48,594 bases of DNA, from positions 1 to 48,594 of the forward strand of contig CAZZGW010000001.1 of assembly GCA_964653605.1 (NCBI GenBank), written 5' to 3'. Origin of the DNA: Candidatus Woesearchaeota archaeon (GTDB taxonomy: Archaea > Nanobdellota > Nanobdellia > Pacearchaeales > GW2011-AR1). The position numbers and the translations under genes were made by a program. Of this stretch, positions 24,058 through 31,528 are shown one piece after another (position 1 is the first letter of the stretch; each line of letters starts with the position of its first letter). The notes below the pieces were generated by a model. It was not told the DNA's origin, did no database searches, and saw only the letters and a program-made list of their open reading frames with translations.

Positions 24058-24411
24058 ATGACTAAGAAAAAAGCTGAAAAGGAAAGCTCAAAGAAATCGT
24101 CCGTCTTGATACAGTCATCCGAACAAAAGAAAAAATTCACAAAGAGGCAAGAAAACGAAAGAAGAGAAGCTTGGATGAGAATCCCAATTTCCATAGTTTC
24201 TGGGTTTATTTTTTATATTTGGGGATTTTTTGTATGCATCTTTGCAATTGTCCAGTTAATCATGGTTCTTGTTGAAGGCAAGAAAAATAAAGAATTTTTG
24301 GACATGTGCAAGAACTATGTTGCACAACTTTACGCATTCGTGAAATATATCACGTTTATATCAAACGAGAGACCATTCCCTTTTGGGGATTTAAGAAAGT
24401 TTGAGAAATAA
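24058..24411 (+). CDS. DUF4389-like membrane protein
   Basis: RIPISIVSGFIFYIWGFFVCIFAIVQLIMVLVEGKKNKEF....YITFISNERPFPF resembles the DUF4389 topology and terminal YPPF-like motif. Confidence 0.45.
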   Translation: MTKKKAEKESSKKSSVLIQSSEQKKKFTKRQENERREAWMRIPISIVSGFIFYIWGFFVCIFAIVQLIMVLVEGKKNKEFLDMCKNYVAQLYAFVKYITFISNERPFPFGDLRKFEK

Positions 24412-24418
24412 AGATTTA

Positions 24419-24967
24419 TTATTTTTTCTTTTTTTCAATTTTATTTAATTTATCCTGAACGTGATTAAACAATGTTGCTTGGATTATTGGTTTGTGATTT
24501 GCTGGGTGTATTTGCCCATTAAATTTTATTTTCCCAATGTATGCAAAATTCTTTAGTATTTTTTTGAGCCCGTTAACTGAAAGGTTGTGTTTCTCTGCAA
24601 CCTTTCTTAAATTCATCTCTTGTTTTAAGAACTCTTCAAATATTTCTTCTACTTCTAGATAATTTTGGGCGGGTATAAGCTCTGAAAGATTATTTCTTCT
24701 ATATCCAAAAGGAACTCTCGACATATGCTTCCCTTGAGAAGATTTTTTTATCATTCCTGATTTTTGAACATCTCCCCTAAACTGGGCGTACTTTCTATAG
24801 GGTTCTATTGCATTTTGATCTATTGGAAGCTGAATATACTTATCTAATTCTTCCGGATCATTTGGAGCAAAAGTGTAACATACGCTACAAAAGTATAATC
24901 CTCTCTTTGATTTATTTTCTTCCGAATCGTGTCCACATTTTTCACATTTCATTTTAAAGATTATCAA
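24419..24967 (-). CDS. Zinc-ribbon plus serine-recombinase 'Recombinase' DNA-binding domain protein lacking the resolvase catalytic domain
   Basis: N-terminus CEKCGH...CSVC, then VPFGYRRNN...LEVEEIFEEF....LRKVAEKHNLSVNGLKKILKNFAYIGKIKFNGQIHPANHKPIIQATLFNHVQ. No catalytic Ser domain. Confidence 0.6.
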   Translation of the reverse strand: MIIFKMKCEKCGHDSEENKSKRGLYFCSVCYTFAPNDPEELDKYIQLPIDQNAIEPYRKYAQFRGDVQKSGMIKKSSQGKHMSRVPFGYRRNNLSELIPAQNYLEVEEIFEEFLKQEMNLRKVAEKHNLSVNGLKKILKNFAYIGKIKFNGQIHPANHKPIIQATLFNHVQDKLNKIEKKKK

Positions 24968-25781
24968 TAGGGCTCTTAACCTCCATTAATCTTTGTTTGG
25001 AAATATGGGTATATAATTCTGTTGTAGATATTGAAGCATGTCCTAGTAATTCTTGTATGACTCTTAAATCAGTCCCTCCATCTAATAAATGTGTTGCAAA
25101 AGAGTGCCTTAATGTGTGTGGATGAACTTCTTTTTTTATCTCCGCTCTTACTGTTGCCTTTTGAATCATCTTCTGTAAATTTCTCGAGGATAATCTTCCT
25201 TTTGGCCCATTAAATAAATATTCTTGATTTTTTTCTTTTTGCCTTCTTGTTTGTTTCTCTAAATCTTTTCTTAAAAATTCTGGAATATTGAAGATACGAT
25301 CTTTTTTTCCCTTCCCTTGTTTAACGTATCCAATCTCTTCTTCAAAATTTAAATCATTCACTTTAAGATTAATGAGTTCTGATACTCTAAAGCCGCAGGC
25401 ATAAAGCATACTCGTCATTAGGATAGATTTTCTTGTATCAAAACTATCAAGAAGCTTCTTTATTTCGTCCCTCGTTAAGACTGTTGGAATTCTTTTCTCT
25501 CTTTTAGGTCTTTTAATATCCATTGTTATATCTTTTTTTAAAATAGAGGTGTAAGCATATTTTATTGCAGAAAGAAAAAGGATTACTGAGCTAGAAGAAG
25601 AGTTTTCCATCCTATCTGCAACGTACATTTTAACATCATCTTCCATAATTTCTTTCGGTTTTTTATTTGCCTTGTTTAAGAGTTTCTCATTTGCACTAAT
25701 GTAATTTTTAATAGTATGCTCTGAGCTTTTAGAAATCTTTAACTCAACCTCAAGTTTTTTTAGAAATTCCTCCTTATTCAT
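24954..25781 (-). CDS. xerA: Tyrosine recombinase, XerA/XerCD-like
   Basis: ACGFRVSEL (Arg I), HPHTLRHSFATHLL (HxxR), LLGHASISTTELYTH (His, Tyr). ATG at 25781 (MNKEEF) preferred over the TTG at 25856. 14-nt overlap with the downstream ORF. Confidence 0.85.
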   Translation of the reverse strand: MNKEEFLKKLEVELKISKSSEHTIKNYISANEKLLNKANKKPKEIMEDDVKMYVADRMENSSSSSVILFLSAIKYAYTSILKKDITMDIKRPKREKRIPTVLTRDEIKKLLDSFDTRKSILMTSMLYACGFRVSELINLKVNDLNFEEEIGYVKQGKGKKDRIFNIPEFLRKDLEKQTRRQKEKNQEYLFNGPKGRLSSRNLQKMIQKATVRAEIKKEVHPHTLRHSFATHLLDGGTDLRVIQELLGHASISTTELYTHISKQRLMEVKSPIDNL

Positions 25782-26141
25782 TACTAGATTATGCGAACCT
25801 AGTTTAAAAAAGTTTTTTTCAGGTTTTATCTTCAAAAAGCTGTTTGTTGCTCTCAAACCTTGTTGCTTTCATCCCTAATTTCTTCGCTGGAGGAATATTC
25901 CCCCTCCTGGTTGTCTATAAACAGCGTTTCCCCCAGGCTTAGAAGGGGTTTTCTTAAGAGTTATCTTGTATATTCTTAATTCGGTTTTTTAATCCCAACA
26001 TGGCAAGAGACAATTAGTTCATCAAATCTATTATAAAGTTTTTTGTCATCAAAGACTTCTCTGAAAGATGTCCTTGATCTGAAAGAATTAACAAATATTG
26101 AGTGCCATAATCCTTAAAAAACCATAAAATCTTGAATTTTC

Positions 26142-26756
26142 ATGGAACGAGAAAAAATTATTGAATTATTTTTGGGATTAATCTTCTTTGTATTCTTATT
26201 GCTTGTTGTTTTTGTAGTGCTTAGTTTGAACGTGCAAGAGAAAGATTCTTCAAAACAAACGGTAGTGAACAACTATTACACCGAAAATACCTATCAAACC
26301 CAAGAAAAGTCAGCAACTGGAAATGTAGTTTATAAATATCCAGAATATAAATATGTAGTGTATAATAGATATAGAAGAAATTGTTGCAGCGATTATCAAG
26401 ATTCTGATGACGATTACTCTAGTTACGGAAAACATAGAAAAGAAAAAGATGGTTCGCGTTATGTTGATGAATATTCTGTTTCTATACGAAACGAGGATAG
26501 AATTGGCAAATATTTCCAGGTCATCTTCTATTTCGAAGATTCAAGCGAATTTAGGGATAGTGAAAGCATAAACAAATGGGTCGGGTCTGGAGATGTTGAA
26601 AATTTTATTTACAGAGATTCTCATTTTGAGAGAAATAATTATGATTCTTGGGCCTATGATATCTTCTCCCAAGATGACGGATTCGAAGAAGAACTCTATG
26701 AATCAAATTCTAGAACGAAATCATTTCACAACTTTCCTTCTATTGGTTGTAGATAA
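26142..26756 (+). CDS. Hypothetical N-terminally anchored Y/D/S/E-rich protein
   Basis: TM IIELFLGLIFFVFLLLVVFVVLSL, then a low-complexity Tyr/Asp-rich ectodomain. Confidence 0.55.
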   Translation: MEREKIIELFLGLIFFVFLLLVVFVVLSLNVQEKDSSKQTVVNNYYTENTYQTQEKSATGNVVYKYPEYKYVVYNRYRRNCCSDYQDSDDDYSSYGKHRKEKDGSRYVDEYSVSIRNEDRIGKYFQVIFYFEDSSEFRDSESINKWVGSGDVENFIYRDSHFERNNYDSWAYDIFSQDDGFEEELYESNSRTKSFHNFPSIGCR

Positions 26757-26846
26757 GAAAAATAGTTGTTTTAAGAAGGAAATTAACGGGTACGTATAAT
26801 GTATATTGTGCGTAGTTTTGCCCTAGAATATTTACACACAGGGATT

Positions 26847-26878
26847 TTTTGTTCACTTAGGTTAAGTTAGTTAATTTT
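26847..26878 (+). repeat. Copy 1 of dispersed motif TTGT(T/G)CACTTAGGTTA(A/G)GT
   Basis: ttttGTTCACTTAGGTTAAGTTAGTTAAtttt, followed by a TATA-like tttttattataaaa. Confidence 0.7.
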
Positions 26879-26913
26879 TATTATAAAAGCAAATTATTTT
26901 ACTTATCAACGCC

Positions 26914-27237
26914 TTATTTTATTGGGAGTCTAAGGTTTTTTACTGCACTTTCAAGAGTTTCTTTTGAATTGGCTTTTACCCCTAATAATTTTTTTCCTTC
27001 ATGTTCTGTGAACTCACTATATGCTCCTTCAACTAAATATTTCCCAGGACTAAGAAAACTATTGGATATGTTAAAAAGAGCGGTTCTTGTTGAATCAATT
27101 TTTTCTTCTGGAACTTGGATAGGATTTAAATGAACATAACTTAAACGTTCCTTCCAAAAAGTTTCTCCTTCTTCCCCACTACATAACCGTTGCCTAAGAC
27201 CATTTTTTTTTTCAAGATTTAGAGAATATTTAAGGAT
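26914..27237 (-). pseudogene. Start-less 107-codon ORF remnant next to an A10 homopolymer and an out-of-frame ATG
   Basis: My translation: ...LRQRLCSGEEGETFWKERLSYVHLNPIQVPEEKIDSTRTALFN...KNLRLPIK*. No in-frame ATG/GTG/TTG. The ATG at 27203 is in another frame and stops after 20 codons. Confidence 0.3.
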
Positions 27238-27305
27238 TTATATCTTGAAATAAGAAATTTAGTGTTTTTAGGCCTTAAAATAGACTTATTTAGTTATATG
27301 GCTTA

Positions 27306-27337
27306 TTTTTGTTCACTTAGGTTAGGTTAATTATTTT
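27306..27337 (+). repeat. Copy 2 of the CACTTAGGTTAGGT motif
   Basis: tttttGTTCACTTAGGTTAGGTTAAttatttt. Confidence 0.7.
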
Positions 27338-27383
27338 AAGGTGACTTTTAGAGAGTTATTATTCTTTTTTATCTTTTTTTAGA

Positions 27384-27677
27384 TTAGGGGTATACTGGTT
27401 TATCTCTAAGCCACCTGGTTGTTAAAAATATTAAAAATGCACAAATAATTGTTATAAAAACAGATGCCCAAACACTTGTTGCATTTGGATTTGTGGGATG
27501 GGTCAACCAAACAATCAATGCTTTTGAAAGATCAAAAATTGTTTCACGCCAGGTAAATGCAATTGTAAACCCTAAAGTGAAGATTATAAACATCCTCATT
27601 TGCTTTCTAAATTCTTGTCTATATTGATTTCCAAGATAGAAATAATTTCTAATTCTCCTCTTTTTTATTGGGCTCAT
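27384..27677 (-). CDS. Small 2-TM membrane protein (DUF5654-like)
   Basis: EFRKQMRMFIIFTLGFTIAFTWRETIFDLSKAL... plus a second TM. 97 aa. Confidence 0.5.
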   Translation of the reverse strand: MSPIKKRRIRNYFYLGNQYRQEFRKQMRMFIIFTLGFTIAFTWRETIFDLSKALIVWLTHPTNPNATSVWASVFITIICAFLIFLTTRWLRDKPVYP

Positions 27678-27783
27678 TTCAATGAAAAAGCGTATTCATG
27701 TTTTTATATTTTTGGTTAAATTTTTTTTATTTTCATAATCTTTTTTTGAGGTAAATTTTGTTAATTCATAGTTAATCCCAGGG

Positions 27784-27810
27784 GTTGTGCACTTAGGTTA
27801 GGTAAGTTTT
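27784..27810 (+). repeat. Copy 3 of the CACTTAGGTTAGGT motif
   Basis: gttGTGCACTTAGGTTAGGTAAGtttt. Confidence 0.7.
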
Positions 27811-27834
27811 ATAACTAAAAAAGATTCCTTTATT

Positions 27835-28064
27835 TATGTGTCTAAAAGGGGTCGACAAACACCTAAAAAACAGGTGTTTAAGCTGTCCAAACAGCCTGTT
27901 TTTTCGTTTTATCGACGGTAAAATAATGGGTGTTTGTTTGCTGTCCAAAGGAAATAAAGGGGTTGTTGTGGGGTGTTTATGCCTGTTTGTTGCTGTTTAG
28001 AGGTGTTTAAACAGGCTGTTTTTGAATCTTTTTTTTGACAAACAGCTGTTTGTGGGATAGTCTT
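27835..28064. promoter_or_regulatory. Iteron-like cluster of AAACAG(N0-1)CTGTTT palindromes and CTGTCCAAA / GTGTTTA words, bracketed by an 11-bp inverted repeat
   Basis: TATGTGTCTAA (27836) / TTAGACACATA (28054). AAACAGCCTGTTT, AAACAGGCTGTTT and the perfect 16-mer ACAAACAGCTGTTTGT (28038-28053). AAACACCT-n7-AGGTGTTT. Confidence 0.6.
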
Positions 28065-28170
28065 AGACACATAATTTTGCATTAAATCGGGTTCTTTTTT
28101 TGGGGTCTTTTTTGTGTTTTTCCCGAGGATAAAGAGAAAAGTTTTTAAACCTCTTTTCCTAGATATTAAT

Positions 28171-28800
28171 ATGTTTTGGAATTCTAGAAAAAAGAAAGAG
28201 ATTGACCACATAAAAGAAGATACTAAAAGAGGATTTGAAAGTGTAAAAAAGGATATAACTTCTGTAAGTGGTTGGATTAAACACCTTGATTCTGAAAAAG
28301 AAATTCAAAAAAAGGACATAAAAGAGATAAAAGATATTTTATCGTCAATTAAAGAGGATTTAGAAGGCGTAAAAAACGTTGTTTCTGTGATGAATAATCT
28401 GAAATCCAAACAGCTGTTTAAAACACCCTCCCAGGTGTTGGAAAAACAGACAGCTGTTTATGCTGTCCAAACACCTGTTCAAACAGCTGTCCAAACACCA
28501 AATTTAGAGTATTTTTCAATAACTGAAAGAGCAATACTCTGGATATTACTAAACAGTGATATGAAGCTTAGTTATGATGATTTAGCAGCAATGTTAGGAA
28601 AAGAGAGATCTACAATAAGAGGCCAAATAAACTCAATAAAACAGAAAAGTGAGACACTAATAGAAGAAGTAATCGAAAAGAATGGGAAAAAAAGGGTGTT
28701 TATACCTGAGAAAATCAAGGAAAATATGCTAAAAAAGTCAAAAGTGAGAGTTAAAGATAAGAAAAAACCTGAGAAAAAGGGTAAAATTAGCGAATATTAG
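28171..28800 (+). CDS. Coiled-coil / Q-T-rich linker / winged-helix DNA-binding protein
   Basis: ATG at 28171 preferred over the GTG at 28114. Coiled coil KEIQKKDIKEIKDILSSIKEDLEGVKN. Linker QTAVYAVQTPVQTAVQTP. wHTH ITERAILWILLNSDMKLSYDDLAAMLGKERSTIRGQINSIKQK. Confidence 0.7.
   Translation: MFWNSRKKKEIDHIKEDTKRGFESVKKDITSVSGWIKHLDSEKEIQKKDIKEIKDILSSIKEDLEGVKNVVSVMNNLKSKQLFKTPSQVLEKQTAVYAVQTPVQTAVQTPNLEYFSITERAILWILLNSDMKLSYDDLAAMLGKERSTIRGQINSIKQKSETLIEEVIEKNGKKRVFIPEKIKENMLKKSKVRVKDKKKPEKKGKISEY
28405..28500 (+). repeat. Intragenic second iteron-like cluster (same words as 27835-28064)
   Basis: AAACAGCTGTTT (28408), AACACCctcccAGGTGTT, acagaCAGCTGTTTatGCTGTCCAAACACCTGTTCAAACAGCTGTCCAAACACC. 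Confidence 0.6.
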
Positions 28801-29064
28801 GGTGTCAAAAATTAAAAAGTGAGAGTTAAAACAATGAAAAAAACAGAAAAAGTGAAAAAAGAGGGTTTTTCCGAAAAAATGTTCAAAATCCTGCAAAGAG
28901 AGAATAAAACTGGAGGTGAAATTTAAGAAAAACAGAGTTAAATTAAAGGGAAAATCAGAAGATTTGGGAAAAAGTGGTAAAAAAGGAAAAAAAAGTACTT
29001 TTTCTATGTAAAAAAATTTTGGGAAAAAGAGTTAACACTTATTCGGTATACAGAATAACTATAT

Positions 29065-29766
29065 TTAAAGGTCCCTTAACTGTAAAATTGTGTGTAGAGA
29101 AGCTATTTTTTTTAGATTTTTAGAGATATTTAACTGAATGCTCTTATTGTTTATCTTTGTTTTCTCGATGGGAATGCCCTTTTTTATCAATCTGCCTATA
29201 TAATCCCTTATGGAACTTTCTGAGAGATTTATTCTTTCAGATATAGCTTTATAGTCTGAAAACCCCTTTTCTTCCTCTAATTGGTACAGTGTGGAAAATA
29301 CTAGGATCTCTTGATTTGTCAGTCTTTTAAATTTTAACCTAATTTCTTTCTTAATGTTATCTAAAGATTCAAGAATTTCAACAGCATTATTAATGGTGTA
29401 ATCCCCTTGATTATGCGAACCTTTATCTGTCTGTTGGTGTGTCTGTCTGTCTGTCTGTTTGTCTGTTGGAACCCCTTGATTTCCTTTGGAAATACCCTTA
29501 TTTTGGTACTTTAAGGGTTTATATTGGTAATTATGTGTCGAAGGATGTGTCTGATGTGTTGGATTTACCTGTCTGTTTGTCTGTTGGGCTATTTCAGACA
29601 TTTGAGTTTTTTTTTCGTTGATTTCATTAAATTTTTTAAATAGCTCTGCTAGATCAATTAAGCTTTCCCTAATTTCAGAAACGTTATTTTTTAGGGAATT
29701 CAATTCCTCTTGGATAGATTCCATATCAGATTTGACTTTAGAAAAAGCTTCTTTTACATGGTCCAT
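29065..29766 (-). CDS. Coiled-coil / Q-T-rich linker / winged-helix DNA-binding protein (paralog-like to 28171..28800)
   Basis: Coiled coil VKSDMESIQEELNSLKNNVSEIRESL. Linker QQTNRQVNPTHQTHPSTH...PTDKQTDRQTHQQTDK. wHTH LTNQEILVFSTLYQLEEEKGFSDYKAISERINLSESSIRDYIGRLIKKG. Confidence 0.7.
   Translation of the reverse strand: MDHVKEAFSKVKSDMESIQEELNSLKNNVSEIRESLIDLAELFKKFNEINEKKTQMSEIAQQTNRQVNPTHQTHPSTHNYQYKPLKYQNKGISKGNQGVPTDKQTDRQTHQQTDKGSHNQGDYTINNAVEILESLDNIKKEIRLKFKRLTNQEILVFSTLYQLEEEKGFSDYKAISERINLSESSIRDYIGRLIKKGIPIEKTKINNKSIQLNISKNLKKIASLHTILQLRDL
29426..29590 (-). repeat. Intragenic GTCTGT / CAACAGACAAACAGACAG repeats in the linker-coding region
   Basis: tctgtctgttggtgtgtctgtctgtctgtctgtttgtctgttgg (29426-29469) and cctgtctgtttgtctgttggg (29569-29589). 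ATGTGTC occurs twice and GGAAATACCCT once in between. Confidence 0.6.
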
Positions 29767-29830
29767 AAAAAACTAAAATTAAAGCAATATAAAAACTTTA
29801 AGATAATCTAATATATATTAACAAAAATGC

Positions 29831-30100
29831 CTAATCCTGTTTCTGGGAATAAACCTTGTAAATTTTGCTGTTTAGCTTCCACCGACTTCTTTTGAGATAA
29901 GGTGTCCCTTTGGGGTTTTTGTTTATCTCAACGATAAAATTCTTTTTCTTCAGTTCTTTTAGTAGTTTTTTGGTAAACTCTTCATCCCGTATTATCTCTT
30001 GGGCAATTTTGTTTGTAAACTCTGGTTGGGGATTTATTGAATATAAATAAGCTAAAATTTGCTCAGAAATCTTCTCTTTTTTCTTATCAGAAATTTTCAT
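29831..30100 (-). CDS. Small winged-helix transcription-regulator-like protein
   Basis: 89 aa: ISEQILAYLYSINPQPEFTNKIAQEIIRDEEFTKKLLKELKKKNFIVEI (HTH plus wing). Confidence 0.55.
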   Translation of the reverse strand: MKISDKKKEKISEQILAYLYSINPQPEFTNKIAQEIIRDEEFTKKLLKELKKKNFIVEINKNPKGTPYLKRSRWKLNSKIYKVYSQKQD

Positions 30101-30144
30101 ACAAATTAAAGGAAAAATATTTTTTTAAATGTGTTGATAAAAGA

Positions 30145-30606
30145 CTATTCTTTCTTCTCTTTGATCTCTTTGGTTTCTGTTTCGCCTTCTATTTGGGTGT
30201 TCTTTTCAAACTTTATACTTGGTAAGGGGAAATGTGGTGGGAGATTCATCTCCTCACCTAGTTGTAAGGCTCTCAGGCTTGATTTTTTCAAGATTATGTT
30301 AAATACCACTAACCGGAAGTCTTCTGGTACTTTCTCTTCTTTCCACATTTTAAACACTTCTTTTGCCTTTTTTGGTTCAACACCTAAAAGAACTTTTCCT
30401 GAGAAAGATAATTTTGCAAAATTTGGTTCATATGAAATGGTATACTCAAAAGAAACAGAAATCATTTCTTCTTTTGTTTTGAAAAAAGTCGACTTTACTT
30501 CTTTTATGTCAGAAATATCTATCCCTGTATTAATTTTTATGTTGTTCGGGTTCTCTGAAAACTTTTCCGCATTTAATTTGGAAAAGCTAAATCCTATTAA
30601 TCTCAT
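30145..30606 (-). CDS. Hypothetical protein with possible SecB-like chaperone fold (weak)
   Basis: 153 aa. IGFSFSKLNAEKF... and FNIILKKSSLRALQLGEEMNLPPHFPLPSIKFE parallel SecB NILFPYARE....G.FP.L.L.PVNF. The antisense ORF 30131..30643 is F/S-rich shadow. Confidence 0.5.
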   Translation of the reverse strand: MRLIGFSFSKLNAEKFSENPNNIKINTGIDISDIKEVKSTFFKTKEEMISVSFEYTISYEPNFAKLSFSGKVLLGVEPKKAKEVFKMWKEEKVPEDFRLVVFNIILKKSSLRALQLGEEMNLPPHFPLPSIKFEKNTQIEGETETKEIKEKKE

Positions 30607-30696
30607 ATTCTATTTAATCAATATTTTGTTTTTAAATATTTAGGTGATTAAAATATTAATTTTAAAATAAATTTTGTTTCTCTCGACGGAAAATAA

Positions 30697-30957
30697 TTAA
30701 ATTAAATCTTCTTCGGAAACAATTACAAAATCTCCAATAGCAATTATCGCGCTGTAAGGGATAAGTAAATCATTTGAAGCTGTCCTTTCAAGATTTAAAT
30801 TTTTAGTATAAGGTGTAGCATCCTTAACTAAGATATTAATTAATTCGCCAGATTGTGTCTCAAAAGTAATATCTTTAACAAAACCTAACCGTTTACCTTC
30901 CTTTGTAACAATCATCTTTCCTATAAGATCACTAAAAGGGTTTTTTTCGTTATGCAT
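30697..30957 (-). CDS. PRC-barrel domain protein
   Basis: LIGKMIVTKEGKRLGFVKDITFETQSGELINILV....LLIPYSAIIAIGDFVIV. Confidence 0.75.
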   Translation of the reverse strand: MHNEKNPFSDLIGKMIVTKEGKRLGFVKDITFETQSGELINILVKDATPYTKNLNLERTASNDLLIPYSAIIAIGDFVIVSEEDLI

Positions 30958-31120
30958 ATTAAAAATAGCTGTGAATAATTTATAAACTTTTCTGTAAGGT
31001 TATATAGAGATTAGAGAAGATATGAATAAAGATAAATCAATTATTAATGAAAAATATTTATATTAATTAAGATTAAGAAGAATATTTATATTGAAATTAA
31101 TATTTAATATATTAATTAAT

Positions 31121-31411
<291 letters not shown>

Positions 31412-31528
31412 CGGGAAGATTTGTGGGTTACAATGAGTATTTTGAAGGCTACAAACACTTAAATAATGCGTTTAGGTTAGTTTTAATTACAACTAAATAA
31501 GGCAATAAAAAAGGGAGAAAAGGGGAAA

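Noticed and set aside
26851-27805. Telomere-like (TTAGG)n reading of CACTTAGGTTAGGTTA
   Set aside because: There are only ~2.5 units per site, embedded in a longer conserved motif in a prokaryotic chromosome. This is a coincidental resemblance.
27909-28211. Minus-strand ORF 27909..28211 (100 aa, Q/T/K-rich)
   Set aside because: It lies entirely within the palindromic iteron-like cluster. The open frame is a by-product of the repeated AAACAG/CTGTTT words. There is no start context.
17612-29590. CRISPR array interpretation of the short-word arrays
   Set aside because: The repeat units are only 7-13 nt, are contiguous or irregularly spaced without unique ~30-40-nt spacers, and partly lie inside coding sequence. 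No cas genes are visible in the window.
29439-29621. Plus-strand ORF 29439..29621 (MSVCLSVCLL...)
   Set aside because: It is the antisense of the GTCTGT repeat region of the 29065..29766 gene.
30037-30643. Plus-strand ORFs 30037..30225 and 30131..30643
   Set aside because: They are F/S/L-rich shadows of the minus-strand genes 29831..30100 and 30145..30606.
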